A stretch of 31,752 nucleotides of DNA from a virus (taxonomy: Duplodnaviria > Caudoviricetes). This document shows positions 17,374-25,131 of the stretch, one piece after another. Position 1 is the stretch's first letter, and each line of letters opens with the position of its first letter. The stretch lies in IMG/VR virus record IMGVR_UViG_3300020042_001016, positions 1 through 31,752 of that record, one strand, 5' to 3'. A program made the position numbers and the translations under genes. The notes under the pieces are model-generated. The model was given only the letters and a program-made list of their open reading frames with translations. It did no database searches and was not told the origin of the DNA.

Positions 17374-18420
17374 CTATTGGACAACCCAGCGTGAGCCAGA
17401 TGTAACTGTGACAACCACACCGCCTGATAGCGTTATCGGGCCTGCTGACATTGCTGAGAAACCAGAAGCAATCGTGTAGCTTGTAGCCACTGTTTGACTG
17501 TTAACCACAATCCCGTTGGAGGCAACAGGAACCCTTGCTTTAAGTTCACCAGTGCTTGGCTTGTATAGTAAATTTGCATTGCCTGTAAACACGCTTGATG
17601 CTGTGCCGCTTGTTGCGTTTGCAAACAAAGGGAAGACATCAGTTGCTGTGCTTGTGTCGTTACTTATGGTAGCCCCACCACCAACAGCCGCCCATGCAGT
17701 TCCGTTGTAGCCTTCAAACTCTACAGTCTGAGTGTTAAATCTCAGCATTCCCGATACAGGAGAAGGTCTAGCCGCAGTGTTACCTTTGCTGATGGTCAAC
17801 GCACCAGTTGAAGAAAATGTGGAATCCAACGTAGCTGTTAATGTGGTAAATGCACCAGTAGTTGCTGTAGTAGCTCCAACAGTGCCATTAATGTTGATTG
17901 ATGCAGTACCAGTTAAGTTCGTTACCGTCCCGCTTGAAGGCGTACCCAATACCCCGCCATTGACGACAAAAGCGCCAGCAGTGCCTGTATTTATACCTAA
18001 GGCTGTAACCACCCCTGAGCCAGTTGTAGTGGATGCTGGAGCCGCTCCTGCGCCCCCGCCAATCAACAGTGAATTTGCCGCCAAAGCCGCAGATGTTGCC
18101 CATGTGGTTCCACTTGTGAAGTAAGGTACTCCGCCTGATGTACCAGCTACCGTCAAAGCTAGCGTTCCAGATGTTGTAATCGGAGAGCCAGCAACTGAAA
18201 TCAATCCGCCAGTGAATGTCTGCGCAACTGAAGACACCGTACCTGTTGAAGAAGCGTTGGACGCCAAGAGCTTGACAGTTCCTGCGGCATTCTTGAAGTA
18301 CAGTTTTTCGTCCGTAATATTGATTGCCAACTCACCGCTGACCAAATTACCCGATGTCGGCGTAGCGGCGGCAGTGGTGCTGTAATACAGCGAAATTGGC
18401 GTGTAGTTTGTTTGTGCCAT
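17374..18420 (-). CDS. Tail fibre adaptor with N-terminal Mtd_N-like domain, 348 aa
   Basis: P..GNL.SGELAINITD.KLYFK N-terminus, fibre modules, C-terminal YTI..AMSAGPIT..VTV..GSRW domain. Confidence 0.8.
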   Translation of the reverse strand: MAQTNYTPISLYYSTTAAATPTSGNLVSGELAINITDEKLYFKNAAGTVKLLASNASSTGTVSSVAQTFTGGLISVAGSPITTSGTLALTVAGTSGGVPYFTSGTTWATSAALAANSLLIGGGAGAAPASTTTGSGVVTALGINTGTAGAFVVNGGVLGTPSSGTVTNLTGTASININGTVGATTATTGAFTTLTATLDSTFSSTGALTISKGNTAARPSPVSGMLRFNTQTVEFEGYNGTAWAAVGGGATISNDTSTATDVFPLFANATSGTASSVFTGNANLLYKPSTGELKARVPVASNGIVVNSQTVATSYTIASGFSAMSAGPITLSGGVVVTVTSGSRWVVQ

Positions 18421-20790
18421 TTAAAAGGTTCCCCCGAAGATGCCAGTCGTGGCTGTTACCGTTCCAGCAGTCAGCGTGTTGGTTGATGGATTGTAAGTAA
18501 GATCTGCGTCTACCGCTACTGGATTGTTTCCTGAAATTGCGCTTACAAAAGTAGGGTAATAAGCGGCATTTGTCGATACAGCAGTAGTACCCACATTTGT
18601 TGCGTTTGTTGCGTTTGTTGCCGATCCAGCGGTTGCCGCATTCAAGTTTGCAACTTGCGTTGTGCTTGCCACGGTAAACGGCGCAGTACCAATAGCAACA
18701 GTTGATGTGATGACACCAGATGCTGAGATTGTGGTAAATGCACCTGTGGCCGCTGTAGTTGCACCCACAGTACCGTTAATGTTGATAGAAGCCGTACCAG
18801 TCAGATTTGTAACCGTGCCACTGCTTGGTGTACCCAAAACACCGCCGTTAACAACAATAGCGCCAGCAGAGCCTACGTTGACCGCCAAAGCAGTTGCAAC
18901 ACCAGTTCCTAACCCAGTAATTGAACCTACCGCTGGAGTCACTGTGGTATTTCCCGCCAAGGTCAATTGACCCTGTGCATTGACCGTAAACGTGCCTACT
19001 TGAGTCGCAGAGCCATATGCGCCAGCAGTCACCGCTGTGTTGGTGATGCTGAACTGCGTACCCGTGAGGGTCAAACCCGTACCTGCTGTATACGCTCCTG
19101 AACCTGAGAACTGTATCCACGTAACAGGACTTGTGCCAACAACAGTTACAGGATCAGTTTGAACCCATCCTGTGCTTCCATACAACGTGCCGTTTGTAAT
19201 AAACGTAAAGTCACCGCTTGCCATCTCAGCGGCAGTGTCAAAGTCAGTTGCTCTGGTTAAAACAGTTCCGCCAGTCGCCCATGTGTATATGCCGTTATTT
19301 GCCTGCGTTGCTTCGTTTTTAACTAAAACACGATCTCCGTTGAGTAGCGTGTAGCCATCCAAAGTGGTTAAAGCCACTGACAAAGTCAAAGTAGCGCCAA
19401 CACCAGCAGTGCCATTGTTGTAAGTTACCGTTCCACCAGTAATAGATGCAAGCGTACCTGTCGTTGCCGCCGCACAAGACGCATGAACATGAAGACCCTC
19501 AGCAACAGCATCAACATACTGTTTTGTAGCCAATTGCAATGCAGATGTAGGGTCTTGGGTGACCGCCACTGAAGTCAATCCACCTAAGGTAAGACTAGAC
19601 GCACCCAAAGCAATTGCTGTTGTACCAACAGTCACAGACGAGTTTGTCAATGACGCATTGGCAATATTGGTAAGTGTATTGGTTGACCCTGATATTGACT
19701 TGTTGGTCAACGTCTGAGTTCCAGTCAAAGTTGCAACTGTTGAATCAATTGCAATGGTGACAGGAGAGGAGCCGTTATAGCTTGTACCCGTCAAGCCAGT
19801 GCCTATGGTTAAAGCGCCAGAGGCGCTAGCTGTCACTGTAATCGAGCCACCCAAACTTACTGAAGATCCATTAATGGTAATTGCACTGTTGGTCAACGAT
19901 GCGTTTGGTATGGCGCTAAGAGTATTTGATGAGCCACTGATTGACTTGTTTGTTAAAGTCTGAATGCCTGTCAGAGTTGCCACAACAGAGGTGTCGATGG
20001 CAATGGTTCCCGTTGCGGTGATAGGCCCACCAGTAAGACCTGTTCCTGTATTGATGAGGGTTACACCGCCTTGGGCAAATGGTGTCCAAGAACCTGATAA
20101 AAAACCTTCGTACCTATTGATGGTGGTGTTGTAACGAATTTGACCATTAGCGCCAGCGGGTTGTTGTCCAGAGGTTCCGATGGGAACCGTCACTGAGCCC
20201 GTGCCCGGCAGGATTGCGTTATCCGCCAACCCTATCGTTGGGTCACCCGCAAACGCATTACCATTCGTCACCGACGTCTGATCTGCAACCCCAAGGATTG
20301 TTCGAGGCGTCACCGTTGTACCGCTCAACACCGCCACCAACCCTGAGCCAGACATCCCCGCCAACGAAGCTGAGAGACCGCTTAAAGAGATCACTGGGTT
20401 GCCTGATACGCCACTACCATTAGTGATCGCTAAACCGTTTCCAGATACCTGAATTGTGCGATTGATGACGCTGTTGGCATTGTCCTTGACTACAAACCCA
20501 TTGCCAGCGCTCTCAAGACTTGCAGAAGCTCCATTAAGAGAGATTCGATAGTAGGATTGCACACCGCCATCCGTAAGCCCTAAACCCGTTCCTGTAGATA
20601 GGTAACGACTGTTTGGTAGGGTTGTCTCTTGATTAATTGTCAAGAAGGTCTGAAACTGCGAGGGAGCCGCCGCTATTGCCGCTGTAGTGGTTTGCTTAGT
20701 GACCCCATTTTGGACAATAGGTACTGCTTCCGTTCCTAAGATTGTCCCCGCCTGAGGCAGATTGGTGATCGTTGTTTGGACTTGTGACAT
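18421..20790 (-). CDS. Long tail fibre protein, 789 aa
   Basis: Very Thr/Gly-rich. Has ATKQYVD, GDRVLVKN.....NGIY..LTRATD, QFSG.G.YTAGTGL and QTLTNK repeats. Ends GIFGGTF. Confidence 0.88.
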   Translation of the reverse strand: MSQVQTTITNLPQAGTILGTEAVPIVQNGVTKQTTTAAIAAAPSQFQTFLTINQETTLPNSRYLSTGTGLGLTDGGVQSYYRISLNGASASLESAGNGFVVKDNANSVINRTIQVSGNGLAITNGSGVSGNPVISLSGLSASLAGMSGSGLVAVLSGTTVTPRTILGVADQTSVTNGNAFAGDPTIGLADNAILPGTGSVTVPIGTSGQQPAGANGQIRYNTTINRYEGFLSGSWTPFAQGGVTLINTGTGLTGGPITATGTIAIDTSVVATLTGIQTLTNKSISGSSNTLSAIPNASLTNSAITINGSSVSLGGSITVTASASGALTIGTGLTGTSYNGSSPVTIAIDSTVATLTGTQTLTNKSISGSTNTLTNIANASLTNSSVTVGTTAIALGASSLTLGGLTSVAVTQDPTSALQLATKQYVDAVAEGLHVHASCAAATTGTLASITGGTVTYNNGTAGVGATLTLSVALTTLDGYTLLNGDRVLVKNEATQANNGIYTWATGGTVLTRATDFDTAAEMASGDFTFITNGTLYGSTGWVQTDPVTVVGTSPVTWIQFSGSGAYTAGTGLTLTGTQFSITNTAVTAGAYGSATQVGTFTVNAQGQLTLAGNTTVTPAVGSITGLGTGVATALAVNVGSAGAIVVNGGVLGTPSSGTVTNLTGTASININGTVGATTAATGAFTTISASGVITSTVAIGTAPFTVASTTQVANLNAATAGSATNATNATNVGTTAVSTNAAYYPTFVSAISGNNPVAVDADLTYNPSTNTLTAGTVTATTGIFGGTF
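19595..20005 (-). repeat. Internal duplication of ~55 aa in the long tail fibre
   Basis: TIAIDTSVVATLTGIQTLTNKSISGSSNTLSAIPNASLTNS versus TIAIDSTVATLTGTQTLTNKSISGSTNTLTNIANASLTNS. Confidence 0.85.
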
Positions 20791-20791
20791 T

Positions 20792-21133
20792 TCAAGGGTT
20801 CTGTATGATTTCGTCTAAATTGCCATTTTCCTGCGGATTCTCACCACTGCTTTGCGTGGAGATGATGTAAGCACCATATCCACCAGTTATCAGTTGATTG
20901 TTCTGAACGGCAATATCCAAATCAGGTCGAGGGAAGCGAATGGTTATGCGCTCAGTTGGTCTTGCGGGTAGGCGATAGGGATCTTTCTCGTCAGCACACC
21001 CTTGGTCACAGACCTGTAAACCCGAAAAATTTGGGTCTGACCTCATCACCGAGTGCGCACGTTTCATCTTGCACCTATCGCAAATTGCGATTGCGATGTC
21101 TGAATTTCCCAGCGTGTCGAGAAATTTAGGCAT
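20792..21133 (-). CDS. Cys4 (putative Zn-binding) phage protein, 113 aa
   Basis: AICDRC..VCDQGC.D..DP (CxxC-x18-CxxxC), immediately after the adaptor. Confidence 0.75.
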   Translation of the reverse strand: MPKFLDTLGNSDIAIAICDRCKMKRAHSVMRSDPNFSGLQVCDQGCADEKDPYRLPARPTERITIRFPRPDLDIAVQNNQLITGGYGAYIISTQSSGENPQENGNLDEIIQNP

Positions 21134-21136
21134 GCA

Positions 21137-22207
21137 TCACCTTGTGTAGACTGAAATGTTTGGGGCGTAATAGATTGGCGACTTGTCTCGCTCTTCCTGC
21201 TCTGCGTCGTAAAGGTACTTGTCTGCCATCTTTTCCAAGTAACCAATACGATCAACAGGAATGCTTGGCAACTCCAAGCTCATCCTATGAGCTAGCATCG
21301 AAACAGTCGCCTCATACCAACGCTGAGGTATTTCAACCTCATCTGTTAAAGCTCCGACATCCATCACTTGGCGTGAGTACCACACAACCATCTGCACAAA
21401 CGTGTCACTGGGGACAGGCCATAGGTACAGCGAAGGGTTTGGAATCGTTCTGTCAAACCAAAATTGGAAGGGTTGGTTTGCAGTAAAGTTTTTGTTTGGC
21501 AAGTTTGTGTAATCGTCACGATTCAAACGAGCCATGGGAATTTCAGTGCTGTTATTGCCAAAAAAAAGTTCTCGCACAATCAATGTGTTACCGCCAGTCT
21601 CACGCATACGGTAATACTGCACGGTTTGACCGTTCACAATGTCGTACCAATACCATTCGTTGTCTACCCAAGCAGTCACACCAGTGGTTTGAAGGGTGCT
21701 CCAAGTGATTCCATCGATTGAATACTCAAAAACGACGTTAAAGTTGCCTGAAGTCCCAGCCAAAACACCAATTGAGCCTATGTAGTTTGTGTATCCAGAG
21801 CCATAATCAATGCCAATGTTGCCGTTGATAGCTGTTTGGGTACATTTTGTGGTCACGTTGCCATCAAAGGCGTTAATCGCCACACCAGAGCTTGCGTTGT
21901 AACCACCATCTGTGGGTGGCGTAGGACGATTCATGCGCCTGTACAAGGCATTTAGCACGTCTACAGCGCCATCTGGAAGGGTATAGATGTACTTGTCAGA
22001 AGTTAAGCCAACAACTTCCTTATTGATCGCCCAATATTGAATGCCACGATTGGCAAGGTTGGACAAAAGAAAGTACAAGCTCTCACGAGCAGATAGCTGT
22101 TGTTCAGAAGTCAGTTCTTCAGCAAGCTTGCCGCAACGACGAGCGCCGTGGTCGATCAGCGTTTGCACGTTGAGGACTGTTTGACCGACTGTTCCTGAGT
22201 ACGCCAT
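21137..22207 (-). CDS. Head-tail adaptor (P22 gp4 / tail tubular A-like) with inserted discoidin-like domain, 356 aa
   Basis: ARESL..LL..LANRG...W N-terminus and R.DY.NLPNK..P.QFW.DR..LWPVP..P.RWY C-terminus. Central AFDG..EYS.DG.TW..YYR insert. Confidence 0.75.
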   Translation of the reverse strand: MAYSGTVGQTVLNVQTLIDHGARRCGKLAEELTSEQQLSARESLYFLLSNLANRGIQYWAINKEVVGLTSDKYIYTLPDGAVDVLNALYRRMNRPTPPTDGGYNASSGVAINAFDGNVTTKCTQTAINGNIGIDYGSGYTNYIGSIGVLAGTSGNFNVVFEYSIDGITWSTLQTTGVTAWVDNEWYWYDIVNGQTVQYYRMRETGGNTLIVRELFFGNNSTEIPMARLNRDDYTNLPNKNFTANQPFQFWFDRTIPNPSLYLWPVPSDTFVQMVVWYSRQVMDVGALTDEVEIPQRWYEATVSMLAHRMSLELPSIPVDRIGYLEKMADKYLYDAEQEERDKSPIYYAPNISVYTR

Positions 22208-22219
22208 TGTGTTTCCTTG

Positions 22220-22474
22220 TCAGCATTTCCAACGTGCAAGCGCCGCCGCTTTACGAGTGGGCTTGCCTTTTTCGTCCTTCAGTGGGCCTGCCATCCCTGA
22301 CATACGAGCGCAGAAAGAGTCCTTACGTGCGCCCCCTTGTGGCTGAGGAGCCTTCAGATTGCTACCAGTCTCTCGGTTGTACTTCTGTCGACCTTTTTCG
22401 GTCAAGCCAGCACCCTTAGAGATTGGAAGCTTTTCTCCCCTGCCAACTGAAAGACTAACTTTCTTTTTGGTCAT
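22220..22474 (-). CDS. Small basic phage protein (DUF6321-like), 84 aa
   Basis: GLT.KGR.KYNRETGSNLKAP..RK.SFCARM.G..ALARWKC motif. The family name is recalled, not searched. Confidence 0.7.
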   Translation of the reverse strand: MTKKKVSLSVGRGEKLPISKGAGLTEKGRQKYNRETGSNLKAPQPQGGARKDSFCARMSGMAGPLKDEKGKPTRKAAALARWKC

Positions 22475-22779
22475 TTCACTTTGGCTGTCTTAGCTGACTG
22501 CTTAAAGTCTTGAGCCGTTGGAGCACCTTTGCTACCAACTCTTCGCATCTTTTCGCCAGATCCTTCAGCGATTCTTTCACGTTTTGCATTGATATTTTCA
22601 TACAAGCCGCCGCCTTTCATTTTTTTTGTAAAGACTTTATCAACTATTTCCATTCGTTGAGGCTTAGTCGTCACGTTATTGATAATTTTCAAACGCTCTG
22701 CTTTATCCTTCTTAGCAAACGAAGGGTTGTGCGCAATAGACGCCATCGATTTGTGTTGGGAAGGTGATTTGCTTGACAT
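22471..22779 (-). CDS. Small basic phage protein, 102 aa
   Basis: Start placed at MSSKSPSQH (TGATG coupling). C-terminal GLY.NI.AKRERI..GSGEKMR..GSKGAPT...FK.SAKTAK module follows an MKGGG motif. Confidence 0.75.
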   Translation of the reverse strand: MSSKSPSQHKSMASIAHNPSFAKKDKAERLKIINNVTTKPQRMEIVDKVFTKKMKGGGLYENINAKRERIAEGSGEKMRRVGSKGAPTAQDFKQSAKTAKVK

Positions 22780-23183
22780 CAAGCATACCCCTTGACCATC
22801 TCTAAGATGCACCAATAGGTGTCACCAGAAGATGCGTCAGCCGTAGTGAACACGATGTCACCAGTAACGCCAGTACCACCATTGTTAGTAATGCCGCCAA
22901 AGCCTGTCATGTCGAGCGTTTGGGTAGCATTGGGCGCTGATAGAAAAAACGGCACATCTGTTGTGGCGTCCCAAAGCATTCTGACTTCCATGCCATGAGT
23001 AGAAATGTAAATTTTGGTAACCGTAACCCTATCGCATACAGCGCCTGATGCGCTTTTTGTAAGAGCAGAAACATCTACCTTTAAAACCGCAGATTCACCA
23101 GTGCCATCACTGATGTTTGTGAATTTCATGATTGCAAGACGTTCGCCGTCAAGAAGGGTTTGACTTGTGACTGCATCAGCCAT
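22779..23183 (-). CDS. Hypothetical virion protein (beta-rich), 134 aa
   Basis: TAAGGA RBS, first gene after a terminator. KFTNISDGTGES.V.KVDVSAL..G.TGDI.FTT pattern. Confidence 0.75.
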   Translation of the reverse strand: MADAVTSQTLLDGERLAIMKFTNISDGTGESAVLKVDVSALTKSASGAVCDRVTVTKIYISTHGMEVRMLWDATTDVPFFLSAPNATQTLDMTGFGGITNNGGTGVTGDIVFTTADASSGDTYWCILEMVKGYA

Positions 23184-23194
23184 TTTTATTCCTT

Positions 23195-23224
23195 AAAAAA
23201 AGTGGGAGCCGAAGCCCCCACCTT
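23195..23224 (-). terminator. Rho-independent terminator with C(UUCG)G loop
   Basis: Minus strand GTGGGGGC-TTCG-GCTCCCAC followed by TTTTTTT, just after the stop of the 387-aa gene. Confidence 0.9.
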
Positions 23225-23227
23225 GGT

Positions 23228-24391
23228 TCAGCACTCTACAGAGCCACCACGTTTCTTGGATGGTGTCACCGTAACTGATTTCTCAGTCTTGGTCACACTA
23301 CCAGAAGGTGGAGTTCCGCTAAACAGTTTCTTTACACCCCCTAAAAGGCGACGAGGAGCGCCGAGGATGGTATCCCGCATAGCTTCGTTATCTTCTCTCT
23401 CAGACGCCTTTTCAGCGCCCTTGCGAGCCATTTCACGATCATATATAGGATCATAGTCAGAGGAGTCTCCTCCTCCTGCCATCTTCTTTACTCTGCCACC
23501 TTTTTTGAAGGTTCCAGACAGTGCAGTAATGCTCACAGGAGCGGAGGGCTTCTTACGACCTTGCGACATTTCTACCGCCTTGCCGTCGTCCTGCACTACC
23601 TCACCACCCCTAGCATACTTTTTTAAAGCACCACCCTTTTTATAGCCACCAGCGTTTGACTTTGCTACGCCACCAGTCGTGGTATTGGTTTTGCCAGCAG
23701 GCGTACCAACAACATTACCGTCAACGTAGTTCATCACAGAGCCGCCTTTGGCGTACATGTGGGCTGTTCCACCTTTTTTGTAGCCACCGCCATTACCCAT
23801 CTTCACGTCACCAGTCTTGGCGGGTGAATGATTAGGCTTGGCTGTGCTCATTTTGGTGGAAGTTGAGGCTTTACCTTCATTGCTGATGATGCCGCCGTTT
23901 TTGTACCCGCCTTGACCCATAGCAACGCCGCCAGTAGCACACGACATACCGCCCTTCATCATTCCGCCCTTTTTGAGCTTCAGTGAAGTGCCTTTGCCGC
24001 CTTTGTGCTCTTGCATGTCGTGTTGCTTGAAAGCCTTTTTGATCATGGCTTTGTCTTGCGACATGTCAGCTTTACCACCCTTCTTCATGGCGGGTGTAGC
24101 CGACATGGGAGGAGCAGAAACCATAGGAGGAGTCATTGAACGACCAGCCATAGCTTTGCGACGCATTGCCATAGATGGTTTAGCAGGACGAGCAGATGGC
24201 ATCATTCCGCCACGAGCAGGCATGCTTGTAGGCATACGAGCAGGCATACGAGCAGGCATGTCAGAAGGCATACCTGACTGCATGGGCATAAACCCACCGT
24301 CAGCCTTCTTCACAGTACCACCCTTTTTGAGCTTCAGTTCGACTGTTGGCTCAGTAGTCATCATTTTAACCATTGGTTTGAATTGACCCAT
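23228..24391 (-). CDS. Lys/Gly/Met-rich basic protein with ~15 [hydrophobic]-[A/K]-x-G-G repeats, 387 aa; probable internal head protein
   Basis: Low-complexity and probably disordered. Contains LKKGG, MKKGG, YKNGG, YKKGG, YAKGG, YARGG, FKKGG, MAGGG and others. Last gene of the capsid block before the terminator. Confidence 0.85.
   Translation of the reverse strand: MGQFKPMVKMMTTEPTVELKLKKGGTVKKADGGFMPMQSGMPSDMPARMPARMPTSMPARGGMMPSARPAKPSMAMRRKAMAGRSMTPPMVSAPPMSATPAMKKGGKADMSQDKAMIKKAFKQHDMQEHKGGKGTSLKLKKGGMMKGGMSCATGGVAMGQGGYKNGGIISNEGKASTSTKMSTAKPNHSPAKTGDVKMGNGGGYKKGGTAHMYAKGGSVMNYVDGNVVGTPAGKTNTTTGGVAKSNAGGYKKGGALKKYARGGEVVQDDGKAVEMSQGRKKPSAPVSITALSGTFKKGGRVKKMAGGGDSSDYDPIYDREMARKGAEKASEREDNEAMRDTILGAPRRLLGGVKKLFSGTPPSGSVTKTEKSVTVTPSKKRGGSVEC
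24230..24259. repeat. 12-bp tandem repeat (aggcatacgagc) within an MPxx array
   Basis: Encodes MPAR-MPAR inside MPSD-MPAR-MPAR-MPTS-MPAR. Confidence 0.85.
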
Positions 24392-24393
24392 GA

Positions 24394-25086
24394 TTAACGC
24401 TCCTTCGCAACAAAGACGTAATCCACAGTCATTGTCTTTGCAACGGCCTCACCATTTTGAAGAGCAATTGACACAGTCATATCTTCGTCGTCAGGCAAGT
24501 TGGTGGTCACAGAAGTGCCCTTCACAACGCCATCTACGAAGTATTGAATGCTTGATGCGCCATCGTAGTAAAAACCAAGACTAATAAATGTGTTGTTAGC
24601 CATAGTAGCCACGCTAGAGGTCGTAGTTGCTGTGTTGTCCTTCTCAACCAACAGGCTTACCGAAGTAGAGCCGTCTGCCTTGATGAAAAACACACCATCC
24701 GTTACGTTAAGCGGGGTTGCATCGGTAATTTGAAGACCAATAACTACATCAGATTGAGTTGCGTCGCTAACCTTGAGGCGAGCCTCAAAGAAAAGTTCTT
24801 TGCCTGAAGCAAAGCGATATGACTCGCCTACTTTTTGCAAAGCAACAAGATCATCATCTGCGGCAGTGTTGGTGATCAAAAGTAAACCACCATCGCCGTC
24901 AGTCAAAGCCTGAGTAGCACCAGCCTGAGTCTCAGTTACAGTCCAATTTGCGGCTACATAGTAGTCAAAATCTTCATAGTAAGTGTGAAACTTTGTTGGT
25001 GCTGGCATTGTCAGATCAGCAAACGGTGAATCTTCCCCGACGTTTGTCACGCCATTTGGGAAACGGGTTACCAGTAAATTTGCCAT
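24394..25086 (-). CDS. Putative minor capsid/head decoration protein with beta-sandwich (lectin-like) domain, 230 aa
   Basis: Directly after the MCP with a TAAGGAG RBS. TRFPNGVT N-terminus, YEDFD, FFEARLKV, YFVDG and MTVDYV..AKER strands. Confidence 0.65.
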   Translation of the reverse strand: MANLLVTRFPNGVTNVGEDSPFADLTMPAPTKFHTYYEDFDYYVAANWTVTETQAGATQALTDGDGGLLLITNTAADDDLVALQKVGESYRFASGKELFFEARLKVSDATQSDVVIGLQITDATPLNVTDGVFFIKADGSTSVSLLVEKDNTATTTSSVATMANNTFISLGFYYDGASSIQYFVDGVVKGTSVTTNLPDDEDMTVSIALQNGEAVAKTMTVDYVFVAKER

Positions 25087-25105
25087 TGTCTTGCTCCTTA
25101 TTAGC

Positions 25106-25125
25106 GCAGGAGCCGAAGCCCCCGC
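25106..25125 (-). promoter_or_regulatory. UUCG-tetraloop hairpin after the MCP stop, lacking a U-tract (mRNA stabiliser or weak attenuator)
   Basis: GCGGGGGC-TTCG-GCTCCTGC followed by GCTAATAAGGAG. Near-copy of the 23202-23221 stem. Confidence 0.7.
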
Positions 25126-25131
25126 TTGGGT

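Noticed and set aside
13225-18420. Diversity-generating retroelement suggested by the Mtd_N-like domain
   Set aside because: No reverse transcriptase, no TR/VR pair differing at adenines, and no C-type-lectin-like tip seen in the window.
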